From a virus (Duplodnaviria; Caudoviricetes): DNA of 64,000 nucleotides. Every line of letters begins with the position of its first letter. Position 1 is the stretch's first letter. A program made the translations under genes and the position numbers. This document shows positions 17,881 through 27,531 of this stretch, in pieces. Where the stretch lies: IMG/VR virus record IMGVR_UViG_2595698964_000001, positions 32,001 to 96,000 of that record. The stretch is one strand, 5' to 3'. The notes below the pieces were generated by a model. The model had not been told where the DNA came from and did no database searches. It saw nothing but the letters and a program-made list of their open reading frames with translations.

Positions 17881-18591
17881 ATGTCTAAGAATTTTAATCC
17901 AGCTCTTGGAGACTTTGATAAGTTTATCGAGGAACACAGCGGGCTTGTAAAACATATTGTTAACAAAGGTTTTAGAACAAAACTAAAATACCTACAGGCG
18001 GAGACTTCTGATGATCTGCTACAAATTGGTTACATCGGACTTATCCACGCTTACAACAGGTATGATCCCAACAAGAATACTAAGTTTTCAAGTTTCGCTT
18101 ACTCGACTATTAGAGGGTTTATAGCAAAGTATCTTAGAGATACATCTAGTTACGCTAGTGGTATTAAATTTTCAAGCGCGACTAATGAGATTTTCTTTAA
18201 GCTTCAAAAAATGGAGGACGCGGAGATAACTGTCGACTTTGTAAAGGAAAAATTTGGTTGTGGTGAGCGACTCGCGAAGAGAGTCATTGAGCGCTCTTGG
18301 TTTCAAAGATTAGACGACGTAAACGTTAGGCTGGGTGAAGACGAGGAAGGAGAAAGATTAGGAAGTCTTATAGAACGTATCGCTGATGAAGCTGACTACT
18401 CCGTCGTTCACGTTTCTGAGTTTATGAACTACTTGTCGGACTTTGAGCGTAGTGTGTTAAAACTGCGTATGGAGGAAAAAACACAGGAAGAAATCGCAAG
18501 ACAACTTGGAGTCTATCAGATGAAGATTAGTAGAGCTCTCGAAACAATAGCTAAGAAATATTTGTATAACCAAAAAGAGGTGATACAATAG
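17881..18591 (+). CDS. Phage RNA polymerase sigma factor, SigF/SigG/SigB-like
   Basis: Region 2 DDLLQIGYIGLIHAYNRYDP...FSSFAY..IRG...YLRD; region 4 TQEEIARQLGVYQMKISR. Confidence 0.9.
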   Translation: MSKNFNPALGDFDKFIEEHSGLVKHIVNKGFRTKLKYLQAETSDDLLQIGYIGLIHAYNRYDPNKNTKFSSFAYSTIRGFIAKYLRDTSSYASGIKFSSATNEIFFKLQKMEDAEITVDFVKEKFGCGERLAKRVIERSWFQRLDDVNVRLGEDEEGERLGSLIERIADEADYSVVHVSEFMNYLSDFERSVLKLRMEEKTQEEIARQLGVYQMKISRALETIAKKYLYNQKEVIQ

Positions 18592-19046
18592 TGGACTACT
18601 TCAAAACCTACGAAGGTGTTGTCCCTGATAGTGTTGACGTACTTAGGATAGATACGCGTAAGATTTATGTACTGGCTGATGACAAAGAGAACTTTGTAAC
18701 GATTCAACTTGTAAATAATACTAAGACCTATAAGACGCAGCTTGTTGTTATCAAACAAGATACTATTGATACTGTTAGCATACCAGAACCTCTGTTCCAT
18801 GAGTTAAAAATGTGCGCTAAAACTGACCCGGTCGAGGTTTATTTTACTGAGTATGATCTACAACCTAACATAAGAGTTTACGCGGTTAGTGAACCAAAGA
18901 CCTGCAATAAACAAAACAAAAGATCGTTAGTTATCGAGTTTAACAACGCTATAGACATGGCTGTGTTCTGTCCTCCAGAATGGCTTAATGAGACAAAGAG
19001 AACTGAATCTAACTTAATAGCTCTTTTAAGCTCGGCTTCTCTTTGA
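18591..19046 (+). CDS. Hypothetical protein
   Basis: GAGGTG RBS; coupled to the sigma gene. Confidence 0.7.
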   Translation: MDYFKTYEGVVPDSVDVLRIDTRKIYVLADDKENFVTIQLVNNTKTYKTQLVVIKQDTIDTVSIPEPLFHELKMCAKTDPVEVYFTEYDLQPNIRVYAVSEPKTCNKQNKRSLVIEFNNAIDMAVFCPPEWLNETKRTESNLIALLSSASL

Positions 19047-19132
19047 GAAGCCTTTTCAATTTCTAAATATAAGGAAGGCGTTTTTATATTCTTTATAGTT
19101 GTTACAGAGAACATAGTGGAAGGGGCGGTATC

Positions 19133-19528
19133 ATGGAAGACTTCTTGAAATTTAGTTTTGACTTACCTTGGTACGCTGCGCTCATACTTGGTATTATTAC
19201 TGCTTATTTGGGTTACTACGCGAAGCGCATTGTTTCTAAAGATAACAGTCAAGTCGAGTTAGTCAAACAAGCAATTGATCGACAAAACTCCCTGGATAGA
19301 CGTCAAGATTCTCTTATGGACACATTCCAACAGGAAATAAAGAGATTTAACGACGACATCTTCCAAATTAGGGAAGAACTTAATGAGGAACGAAGACGGA
19401 ATATGTCTTTACAAACTCAAGTAGAGGTTCTTACGCTAGAAAACAGGGAGCTAAAGGCACTTATGGATGAGCTTAAAAAGGAGAACATCAGTTTGAAGCA
19501 GAAGTTGAAACAGTTCAACAAAAGTTGA
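19133..19528 (+). CDS. Membrane-anchored coiled-coil protein
   Basis: One N-terminal TM helix followed by long heptad repeats. Confidence 0.75.
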   Translation: MEDFLKFSFDLPWYAALILGIITAYLGYYAKRIVSKDNSQVELVKQAIDRQNSLDRRQDSLMDTFQQEIKRFNDDIFQIREELNEERRRNMSLQTQVEVLTLENRELKALMDELKKENISLKQKLKQFNKS

Positions 19529-19601
19529 TGTTCTCAGTAATATAATCAAGTTCCTGTAACGTATGTTAATATACAACTTACGAAAAGGGGAGTTTACAGC
19601 T

Positions 19602-19823
19602 ATGAGCGCAGGTTTACAAAAACCAAGCAACGATCTGTTCAGGGTTCTGTTATCTCAAAAAGACGAAGCCGAAAAAGCCGTAGCCACCGCATCCAGAAAA
19701 GGAGACGAGGAACTTGAAGAGGCTGCTGAACTTATGTTGGAATCTCTCGAAGATGCTATTGACAAGCTGTGTGAGTTCACTACAAATTTAGAGGTATACC
19801 ACATTCTCCAAAAGGGCAGTTAA
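19602..19823 (+). CDS. Hypothetical protein
   Basis: GGGGAG RBS. Confidence 0.7.
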   Translation: MSAGLQKPSNDLFRVLLSQKDEAEKAVATASRKGDEELEEAAELMLESLEDAIDKLCEFTTNLEVYHILQKGS

Positions 19824-19837
19824 ACACTGCCCTTTTT
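19811..19837 (+). terminator. Intrinsic terminator
   Basis: AAAGGGCAGT-TAAAC-ACTGCCCTTTTT. Confidence 0.8.
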
Positions 19838-19849
19838 ACATAAAAAGTC

Positions 19850-19878
19850 TTGTAAAGTGCGCCCGGATAACGTATACT
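19850..19878 (+). promoter_or_regulatory. sigmaA-type promoter
   Basis: TTGTAA-N17-TATACT, the same boxes as at 10064. Confidence 0.6.
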
Positions 19879-19912
19879 TGAGTTGTTAATAAAAGTGAGA
19901 GGGGAACTCAAG

Positions 19913-20764
19913 ATGTCTCAAAAAGTCCTTAATAAAGTAAAACACCTATTAAACACTACCACTGAAAACGGAGCGAGCGAGGAAGAAGCGCAGAGCGCGT
20001 TCCTCAAAGCGCAAAGATTACTCGCAAAGCACGATTTAAAAATAACAGACGTTGATCACGCTGTCGACGAAAAACAAACGAGAGCTATCCACGAGACAGG
20101 AGGCGACAAAGAAAAAAGTGTATGGTGGAAACGTTCTCTTGCAAACATAATCGCTGATAACTTTCGTTGTTACACTTATTTCCAACTATACTACAAAGGG
20201 TATGAACGTTACATATTCGTCGGTAAGGGAGATGACGCAGAGATAGCAAAAACTGTATTCGAGTTTGCTTTGAAAGCTGTTCCCCATTATGCGAAACAAT
20301 ACGTCAAGAAACGCAAGAAAGAAGCGTTACAACAATCCGGGTTAGACTTTAAAAAGATGACTACAAGTGAACTGCGCCAACTTGCGGCTAGTACAGTACC
20401 AACAGCGGAGCTTATGGAACTTGATCTAAAGTATGGTGATAACAAGAAGTTGATGACTATGAGAACAATAATGGCCATCAAGAAACATCTAGGTATTGAA
20501 CTGCCTACTGCGGGGATTAAAAATGATTGGATAAAAGGTTTTCTTCAAGGGCTACGGTTACAATTTAAAGAACAGCGAGAACAAAACAAGGAAGAATGGG
20601 GATTAATCCTTGTAAAGGATGAAGACTTGGTTCAGTATTACGAAAACATTGATCTTAAATCTGCGAAACCGAGAACTATCAATTCAAGTTTTGATGCAAA
20701 AGCTATACAAGATGGAGTTGAAAAAGGTAAGAATTGGTCAACACCTTCTGGAGCCATCGAGTAA
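19913..20764 (+). CDS. DUF2786-domain protein
   Basis: KVKHLL...EEEAQSAFLKAQRLLAKHDL N-terminal signature; WWKRSLANIIADNFRC. Confidence 0.8.
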   Translation: MSQKVLNKVKHLLNTTTENGASEEEAQSAFLKAQRLLAKHDLKITDVDHAVDEKQTRAIHETGGDKEKSVWWKRSLANIIADNFRCYTYFQLYYKGYERYIFVGKGDDAEIAKTVFEFALKAVPHYAKQYVKKRKKEALQQSGLDFKKMTTSELRQLAASTVPTAELMELDLKYGDNKKLMTMRTIMAIKKHLGIELPTAGIKNDWIKGFLQGLRLQFKEQREQNKEEWGLILVKDEDLVQYYENIDLKSAKPRTINSSFDAKAIQDGVEKGKNWSTPSGAIE

Positions 20765-20857
20765 AATCTCACTGTCTAGTGGGATTTTTTATTTTATTGG
20801 AATGATCTGTAATTAAACGCGTATGTTTAAGTAACAACACCAAGAGGGGGCTACAAG

Positions 20858-21040
20858 ATGAATATTAAGTTCTTTGTTACTGATAAGGCTTTAGAGGAAA
20901 ATGTAAGGAAAATGATTGAAAGTGAGAGTCACCTTGAATCTAGCCGGATGGTTCGTATCCGTATACCGAAAGATTCCAAACAGAAAAGATTTGAGGGTAG
21001 AAACCAAGATTTTTACAGACATGTTAAAATAGGGGAGTAA
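20858..21040 (+). CDS. Hypothetical protein
   Basis: GAGGGGG RBS. Confidence 0.65.
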   Translation: MNIKFFVTDKALEENVRKMIESESHLESSRMVRIRIPKDSKQKRFEGRNQDFYRHVKIGE

Positions 21041-21092
21041 ACTTTCATTCCGCCCTCTTTTATTTAGTATAAAAGATAAAACGGGGGTCAAT

Positions 21093-21155
21093 ATGGAAGA
21101 TAAAAACTTAATAGACGTATTGTATGAAGAACTAGTTAGAGCTCTGTCTAAGTAA
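21093..21155 (+). CDS. Possible 20-aa micro-protein
   Basis: GGGGGT RBS then MEDKNLIDVLYEELVRALSK*. Confidence 0.35.
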   Translation: MEDKNLIDVLYEELVRALSK

Positions 21156-21193
21156 ATAGGCGGAGCTCTTTTCATGTTTCTGGATTGTTTCGC

Positions 21194-21222
21194 TTGTCGT
21201 TTACAGAGGAGTATAGTATAAT
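21194..21222 (+). promoter_or_regulatory. sigmaA-type promoter
   Basis: TTGTCG-N17-TATAAT. Confidence 0.6.
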
Positions 21223-21342
21223 AGCCCTCGTAATAGTACATAACAATAATTATCAACTAATAATTGGAATATAATGGGATAACTGGAAAACCTTAAAACT
21301 ACCCATGTTGTAATAGTTTTAAGCTGAAAGGGTTGATACTAA

Positions 21343-23559
21343 ATGAATTTTGAGAGAGCGAGCGACTTCAAAAACTTCTGTAAAGTGCTGAAAACTGAAG
21401 ATCGCGAGAACATAATAAAGAGTGCGAAGAGTCAAGGACTCGTTTGGAAAGAGAACGAAGTGTTCAAAGTGAACTGGATGCGTTGCGCGATGGCAATTAA
21501 TAAGCATATCAAAAAGGGTAACATCTTTAAACTTGATATATCGCCGCCTAACGAGAGTAAACCAGATAAGGATAAAATACTCGAGGAAAAGAAAAAGACC
21601 AAAATTCCGACATCTAAATCAAATAATTTAAGCGTTCTTACGCAAAAAGTAAACTCGACCTACAGAGAGTTGGAAGATGGTACTATAATAATTGGAGAAG
21701 GGTATCAAACCAGACCGGGGAAATACGGAAATCCATTAGGAATTCAAGGACATCTTAGGCTTTGTTACCTATCTGCTCGCGTACCTTGGGACGTCGGCCA
21801 TTATATTGCTGTAGAAAACGCTTATGAAGATAACAAGGTATTACGGGAGCAACTAAGTGCGAAGTTTGATAGAAACACAAGACTTTGGTTTGTACCTTTT
21901 AGTCAATTGCTAGAACTTCTAAAGATTTTCAAAAATATCGAAGTTTCAAAAGGTATCGCCAAACCTATCAAAGAAGTACTAAACCGACTTGACATCGAGC
22001 AAATTGACGCTAGGAATATGAAATTCAAAAAGCTTTCTAATTACGAGTACGACGAAAGTCTAGAAAGTAATAGTAAAATTAGATTACACCAGTATCAAAA
22101 ACGAGGAGTGGAGACGCTAATAAGAGAACAGAAGGTCATACTTGGTTACGCTGTAGGTTTAGGAAAAACACTTACAGCGGTCGCCGGAGCTACAGAGCTA
22201 ATGAGAATGGGAATCGCTGAACGAGTTCTTATAATATGTCCGTTAGCTGTTATAAATAGTTGGGAAGACGAAATAAAGAAATTCAACCCAGAAGCTAGAG
22301 TTGAAAAGATACGAAGCAGAGATGTTCGTAAACAAGAAAAAGAAACTTTTGAGAGAGCTTCAAGGGCGGATTTTATCGTTGCGAATCATGAAGTAATAAG
22401 TAAAGACAATGTTGCGAGACAACTTAGACAACTCTGTGACGACGTAGTAATTGTAGATGAAGCGCATAAGTTCAAGAATTGGAGTTCGCAAAGAACAAAG
22501 TCGTTTTATAAACATTGGTCTAGCATACGTTACAAATGGATGTTAACAGCGACACCTTTCCCAAGCGGTAAACCAAAGGAGACTTACACGATGTTGAGTC
22601 ATGTAAGACCTGAGCTCGTCGGGAGTTGGCTCAAATTCTCCTCAGAGTTTGTTAAAACTAAAGATATACAAACTAGACAAGGGAACATAACCAAACCTGT
22701 AAGGCTCAAAAACGTCGTCAAACTAAGAAAACTGATAAGCCCTTTTGTTATAATAAAAACACAAAAAGACAAAGACGTAATGTTGTCGTTACCAAAAGAA
22801 CGTCATCTAACTTACAAACTAGACCTAACAGACCAACAAGCGAAACTTTACAGTAAACTCTTACAAAAAGCTATCGAGTTGACGTCAAATCCTAAAGGGA
22901 AGTTTGATCTTTTGGCAACGCTAACTAGAATGGAACATGTAGCAGTTGATCCTGATATAGCATTGAAGGGTAGTATTGATCTGAACAACTTTTACCCGAA
23001 AGAAGAGTGGGCGCTTAACACCATTCTAGCACATCTTGAAGACAAAGAAAACAAAGGCATTGTGGTGTTTTGTAGCTTAAAACTCCCTCTAGATAAACTA
23101 TACAACGGATTGGTTTCAAATGGTGTCCCTAAGAGCAAAATAGGCTTTATAACCGGGGAGTACAAGACGACTAACGTTGAGGAAAAGTTTAATGACGGAA
23201 AAATAAAAGTACTTCTATGTACATCCGCAGGAGAAGAAGGAATCAACCTTCAAAAAGGCGGAGACACAATGATTCATCTAGATACTACTTGGTTACCAAA
23301 AACCATAACTCAACGAGAAGGACGATTGTTAAGACAAGGGGCGACCGCGGAAGTTGTAACAATTTACACTCCTGTTATGAATGGTACAGTGGAAGACAAC
23401 AAGAGAGACACATTGTCGAAGAAGGTCGATATGATTGAACGACTGTTAGGAGATCGGTCAGCGGGGTCAGTAGCAAACAACTTAAAATCTGATATTCGGG
23501 CTCAGTTTTTAACAACAGAGGACATAAAAGCTATTTTAGACTCAGATTCTCATTACTAA
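21343..23559 (+). CDS. SNF2/SWI2-family helicase with an N-terminal extension
   Basis: YQKRGV, GLGKT, DEAH, LTATP, GEEGINLQ and QREGRLLRQG motifs. Confidence 0.9.
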   Translation: MNFERASDFKNFCKVLKTEDRENIIKSAKSQGLVWKENEVFKVNWMRCAMAINKHIKKGNIFKLDISPPNESKPDKDKILEEKKKTKIPTSKSNNLSVLTQKVNSTYRELEDGTIIIGEGYQTRPGKYGNPLGIQGHLRLCYLSARVPWDVGHYIAVENAYEDNKVLREQLSAKFDRNTRLWFVPFSQLLELLKIFKNIEVSKGIAKPIKEVLNRLDIEQIDARNMKFKKLSNYEYDESLESNSKIRLHQYQKRGVETLIREQKVILGYAVGLGKTLTAVAGATELMRMGIAERVLIICPLAVINSWEDEIKKFNPEARVEKIRSRDVRKQEKETFERASRADFIVANHEVISKDNVARQLRQLCDDVVIVDEAHKFKNWSSQRTKSFYKHWSSIRYKWMLTATPFPSGKPKETYTMLSHVRPELVGSWLKFSSEFVKTKDIQTRQGNITKPVRLKNVVKLRKLISPFVIIKTQKDKDVMLSLPKERHLTYKLDLTDQQAKLYSKLLQKAIELTSNPKGKFDLLATLTRMEHVAVDPDIALKGSIDLNNFYPKEEWALNTILAHLEDKENKGIVVFCSLKLPLDKLYNGLVSNGVPKSKIGFITGEYKTTNVEEKFNDGKIKVLLCTSAGEEGINLQKGGDTMIHLDTTWLPKTITQREGRLLRQGATAEVVTIYTPVMNGTVEDNKRDTLSKKVDMIERLLGDRSAGSVANNLKSDIRAQFLTTEDIKAILDSDSHY

Positions 23560-23608
23560 AAGTTTTGAGGGTCTGTTGTTTACATTCTTTTTGGAGGTGA
23601 TGATAAAG

Positions 23609-23788
23609 ATGACAACTATCAAAATGAACAACGGGGATGTTTTTTATAGTAAATTAAACGCAGAACAGTTCCGGTCTCAAGTTAACGGTGCTAACAACGG
23701 AGGCAAAGCGATTATCGAAGCTTTCAAAGACACAGGTTTTACTGACAGAGAGTTTATAAATTTAAATCTAGTTTCAAGTTTTAAATAG
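23609..23788 (+). CDS. Hypothetical protein
   Basis: GGAGGTG RBS. Confidence 0.7.
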   Translation: MTTIKMNNGDVFYSKLNAEQFRSQVNGANNGGKAIIEAFKDTGFTDREFINLNLVSSFK

Positions 23789-23884
23789 ACAGGAGATATT
23801 TTCCTGTCTCATACATAATTTTTACTCATTGTAACGCAAAAAACATGTAACTAGACCAGTTAGCAATTGGTTTACATTGAAACG

Positions 23885-24034
23885 CATGCGTAATTTTTAC
23901 GTCAGAATACATAAATGTATTATATATTAATAATATATACAACATGTTATATAAATATATGCAGAGGGCTTTGGTTGTCCTCTAGCATATTATTTAAATT
24001 AGTTATTTGCTTCGCAAATATGTCTATCGACTGG
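23885..24034 (+). repeat. 150-bp structured non-coding element, copy 1
   Basis: Shares a 36-bp identical block and conserved hairpins with 60089-60238. Confidence 0.9.
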
Positions 24035-24088
24035 AGAAAATTTTTGTTTTTAACTCTTTAGTTATAAAAACTCTACCGGGGTGACAAA

Positions 24089-24361
24089 ATGCGTGAAGGA
24101 AGACTATCAGTTGTCTACTTGAAAGAAGAGGAGAAACAGAAGAGAACTATAGACGCTGTTAAGTATATGATGAAGCATAACTTGACAATGAATTTAGCTG
24201 GCAGACGCTACGGTTTACCTCGTAGTACGCTTCATAGGTTTATCCATAAACACCTTGAAGGCTGGGATAAAGAACTCTATGATGAGGTGATAAAGTTTAT
24301 TAAAAGACGAAGAAAGCAGATAGCTCTGGAAGCGTCATACTCATATCACGGGAGACCTTAA
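24089..24361 (+). CDS. SpoIIID-like HTH regulator
   Basis: RTIDAVKYMM...YGLPRSTLHRFIHKHL...LYDEV aligns by eye to SpoIIID (RTIKIGKYIV...FGVSKSTVHKDLTERL...LANEV). Confidence 0.7.
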   Translation: MREGRLSVVYLKEEEKQKRTIDAVKYMMKHNLTMNLAGRRYGLPRSTLHRFIHKHLEGWDKELYDEVIKFIKRRRKQIALEASYSYHGRP

Positions 24362-24416
24362 AAGGCTATTGAAGCTCGCCCTATATTCTTGCTGATACTA
24401 CGAGGAGGTGAGAACT

Positions 24417-24710
24417 ATGGGCGAAAATTCTAAACTTAACTGGCGAGTGCGGTTTGCCAACCCTACTTGGTGGGTGTTAGCGGGAATCCCTCAGTTGATT
24501 CTTATTGTTCAGCTGATCTTAACTTTTGTAAACGATTTTGTTTACCCTACGGGATATCAGATCACTGAAGAAGGCGTACAAGGTTTTATGGGTATTGTCA
24601 ACGCTGTTGCGCTGTTATTCGGTATTGGCGGTTCAATTATTGATCCGACGACTTCCGGATTCAAAGACAGCTCACAAGCAAGTCAATACAAAAAACCTAA
24701 TAAGTTGTAA
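24417..24710 (+). CDS. Holin (phiLC3-like)
   Basis: LNWRVRFANPTWW, two TM segments and IIDPTTSGFKDS. Confidence 0.88.
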   Translation: MGENSKLNWRVRFANPTWWVLAGIPQLILIVQLILTFVNDFVYPTGYQITEEGVQGFMGIVNAVALLFGIGGSIIDPTTSGFKDSSQASQYKKPNKL

Positions 24711-24768
24711 TTAAACGACCCCCTGTTGGCGTACTATATGTACTATATGTTAACAGGAGGGGATACTT

Positions 24769-25086
24769 ATGAGAAGAGAAGCTTGTAAACTTGCGAAGGA
24801 ACTCGCCCAAAAGAACGGCGGGAAACCGAGCGAGTACATGGGAGAGGCTTGGGCTAGACTTAGGAAGGATAATCCTGAGAAGTTCAAGAAAGCTCCTAAA
24901 AAGAAGACAACGAGTAAGAAAGACAAGATTGTTAAAGTGGCGAAGGTTTCTCACGGATTGTTCAAAGCTTATCAAGCAACGTCCGGGAAATCAAGAACCT
25001 CTGGTGTCGACGCCCTAGCGACTTTCTTTGGCGGCGGAAAGGAAGCTAGAAGGACTGAGAACGTGATCTTGAAATTTTTAAAATAG
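24769..25086 (+). CDS. Very basic Lys-rich protein, possibly nucleic-acid binding
   Basis: KKAPKKKTTSKKDK tract; GGAGGGG RBS; terminator at 25098-25122. Confidence 0.65.
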   Translation: MRREACKLAKELAQKNGGKPSEYMGEAWARLRKDNPEKFKKAPKKKTTSKKDKIVKVAKVSHGLFKAYQATSGKSRTSGVDALATFFGGGKEARRTENVILKFLK

Positions 25087-25221
25087 TTTTAGAAAAGAAG
25101 GGTGGGCGTTGCTCACCCTTTTCAATTTATAATCTGAATTACTTCCAAGGGATCATTGTTTACTGTACAAAACAGGAGTCAAGTTTTGACTTTTAAACTT
25201 TATTCTATGGAGGTTGGTAAT

Positions 25222-25932
25222 ATGTCAATGTACTACTACTCTCGTAACTTGGACAATATTAACAAGCTGGCGGATAACACAAAAGCTGCTGCTAAGAAAC
25301 TTTTGGACTACGCGGAAAAGAACAAACTTGGTGTTCTTGTCTACGAAACCATTAGAACTGAAGCGCAACAAAGAGAGAACGTACGCAAGGGAGCATCTCA
25401 AACGATGAAGTCTTACCATCTTGTTGGTCAAGCTCTTGACTTTGTTCCTACGAAGGGTTACTCTTCCAGTGCGGTTGACTGGAATGGTTATGGCTCTTCA
25501 ACTGCTAAGAAGTTCGTAGCTTACGCGAAGAAACTCGGATTTGAATGGGGCGGAGATTGGAAATCTTTCGTTGACAAACCTCATCTTCAATTCAACTACA
25601 AGGGATACGGAACAGACACTTTTGGAAAGAAAGCTGTTACACCTAGTAAGCCTAAAGCGTCTAGCGGTTCAGGTTCTTCAAAGGTTTCTCTTCCAAATAG
25701 AGTTATTCGTGTAACGAAGCCGATAGTTCACGGAAGTGACGTACTAGCGATTCAGAAAGCCTTGTCTAGTTTGTACTTCTACCCTGAGAAAGGTGCTAAA
25801 GATAATGGTTGTGATAGCTACTACGGTCCAAAAACTGCAAACGCTGTCAAGCGATTCCAATCAGTTAACGGATTAGTGGCTGATGGTGTATATGGTCCAA
25901 AAACGAGAGCAGCTATCTTGAAGAAACTATAA
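25222..25932 (+). CDS. Endolysin: L-Ala-D-Glu peptidase (M15) plus peptidoglycan-binding domain
   Basis: ETIRT..QQ, SYHLVGQALDF and WGGDW..FVDKPHLQ motifs; C-terminal DGVYGPKT PG_binding_1 repeats. Confidence 0.93.
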   Translation: MSMYYYSRNLDNINKLADNTKAAAKKLLDYAEKNKLGVLVYETIRTEAQQRENVRKGASQTMKSYHLVGQALDFVPTKGYSSSAVDWNGYGSSTAKKFVAYAKKLGFEWGGDWKSFVDKPHLQFNYKGYGTDTFGKKAVTPSKPKASSGSGSSKVSLPNRVIRVTKPIVHGSDVLAIQKALSSLYFYPEKGAKDNGCDSYYGPKTANAVKRFQSVNGLVADGVYGPKTRAAILKKL

Positions 25933-25954
25933 TTTGCTGAAAGGGGTCTCTAAT

Positions 25955-26779
25955 ATGCCGGAAATAGTGGAAGTTGAGATTCAAGTGGAAGGATTATACG
26001 GGCTGATCGGAGATCGACTCAAAGACCTGATGTTAGGAGACCGGGGAGAAAAAATCATCAGACCTTTTGATGAAGACTCTTTCCGGTCTTTTGTTTTAGG
26101 TAAAGAGATTCGAGATGTAAAACGTGTTGGAAAGTATATCGTGATGACCTTTGAGGATGGTTTGAGTATGGTTACTCACTTGCGAATGACCGGCAGGTAC
26201 ACTATAAACGTGCCTGAGAGTAAGATCGGGCATACTCGAGTAGAGTTTTTTACAGAAAACGGTCTCTCACTTCGATATAGCGACGTTAGATTGTTCGGAA
26301 GGATTTCTATTATAAAAGATTTAGACGTCCTTAAAAAAGGTGCAGATGCCCTTAAAACGGATAGTATTCAGTTAGCTAAGATTATCGAAAAGACGAAAGA
26401 GAAGGATGCGAAACGCCGAAAAGATAGAACGGTTAAAGAGCTCCTTACCGGACAGAAGGTAATAACAGGTGTTGGCAATGTTTACGCTAATGAAATTTTG
26501 TTTAGGCAGTCTTTATATCCGGGAACGCTTTTGAGTGAACTCGCCTCAACCTCGATAGAATCGTTAGCAAACGAAATAAAGTCTGTGCTTTCTTGGGGTT
26601 ATCAACTTGGAGGACTTTCTTTGAAAGACTACTATCACGTTGATGGAACAAAAGGAAAAGCTCAAAACCATTTAAATGTTTATAAAAACTCTAGATGTCA
26701 AAGATGTTTGAGTAGATTAAAAACTAGTAAGGACTTCGATGGCAGGGCGACGTACTATTGTCCACGTTGTCAGTCTTAG
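25955..26779 (+). CDS. mutM: Formamidopyrimidine-DNA glycosylase (Fpg/Nei family)
   Basis: N-terminal MPE catalytic motif, RVGKY, HLRMTG, DVRLFG, H2TH GVGNVYANEILF and C-terminal CQRC...CPRCQ zinc finger. Confidence 0.92.
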   Translation: MPEIVEVEIQVEGLYGLIGDRLKDLMLGDRGEKIIRPFDEDSFRSFVLGKEIRDVKRVGKYIVMTFEDGLSMVTHLRMTGRYTINVPESKIGHTRVEFFTENGLSLRYSDVRLFGRISIIKDLDVLKKGADALKTDSIQLAKIIEKTKEKDAKRRKDRTVKELLTGQKVITGVGNVYANEILFRQSLYPGTLLSELASTSIESLANEIKSVLSWGYQLGGLSLKDYYHVDGTKGKAQNHLNVYKNSRCQRCLSRLKTSKDFDGRATYYCPRCQS

Positions 26780-26793
26780 AAGGGAATGATTAG

Positions 26794-27531
26794 ATGCGAA
26801 AGTCTCTGTTGACTTGTTCGCTTGTGGTTGTATGTTTAGCGGAGAGTGTTGTATGTTATTCGCTTACGAACAAAGTGAATGAGAAAAACGAAGAGATCAC
26901 AAAAGTTAAAAAACACAACGATGAGCTTGGTAACAAAAATGATGAGCTGAATGATACCAACAATAGTTTAGAGAAAGATTTGAAGTCGACGGCAAAGGAT
27001 GTTGAGAGTCTGAAAGTTGACCTTAAGGAAGCTAAGAAGGCTAAAAAAGAGCTCGAAGAGACAAAGAAAGATTTGAACAAGAAAAGTGCGTCACTAAGTG
27101 CGGAAAACGAGAGGTTAAAAGAAGCGTTAAAAAAGAAGAGAGCTGACAACGGCAAAGCCGTCGAGGTACAAAAGCGCGATATAAAGCGTGATGTTACAAC
27201 CCCTTCTCGCGAGAAAAGTTCAACTCCAAACCAAAGGATGTTAACAATGGAAGCCACAGCCTACACAGCTTTCTGCGAGGGTTGCTCTGGTACAACTAGA
27301 CTAGGTTTTGATCTCAGAGCGAACCCAAATGCTAAAGTTGTAGCAGTTGACCCATCGGTTATTCCACTTGGTTCTACAGTAGAGGTAGCGGGTTACGGTT
27401 ATGCGGTTGCCAGCGATACGGGAGGGGCGATAAAAGGAAACAGGATAGACCTGTTTATGGCTTCCGAGACTGATGCGAGAAACTTTGGAAGACGAAGTGT
27501 TACAGTGAAAATTATAAAAGCGGGTGGATAG
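26794..27531 (+). CDS. Signal/TM + coiled coil + 3D-domain cell-wall protein
   Basis: MEATAYT, VAVDPSVIPLGS and ASDTGGAIKGNRIDLF motifs. Confidence 0.9.
   Translation: MRKSLLTCSLVVVCLAESVVCYSLTNKVNEKNEEITKVKKHNDELGNKNDELNDTNNSLEKDLKSTAKDVESLKVDLKEAKKAKKELEETKKDLNKKSASLSAENERLKEALKKKRADNGKAVEVQKRDIKRDVTTPSREKSSTPNQRMLTMEATAYTAFCEGCSGTTRLGFDLRANPNAKVVAVDPSVIPLGSTVEVAGYGYAVASDTGGAIKGNRIDLFMASETDARNFGRRSVTVKIIKAGG

Noticed and set aside
18393-18404. Second partial match to the sRNA seed (ACTACTCCGT) inside the sigma gene
   Set aside because: Only 10 perfect nt, within coding sequence and far from an RBS; compatible with chance.
23885-24034. The 36-bp identical block as a possible CRISPR repeat
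   Set aside because: There are only two copies 36 kb apart, with no spacer array and no cas genes; similarity extends over 150 bp.
24731-24750. Tandem GTACTATAT x2
   Set aside because: Two short AT-rich copies within a leader hairpin are too little to call iterons or an operator.
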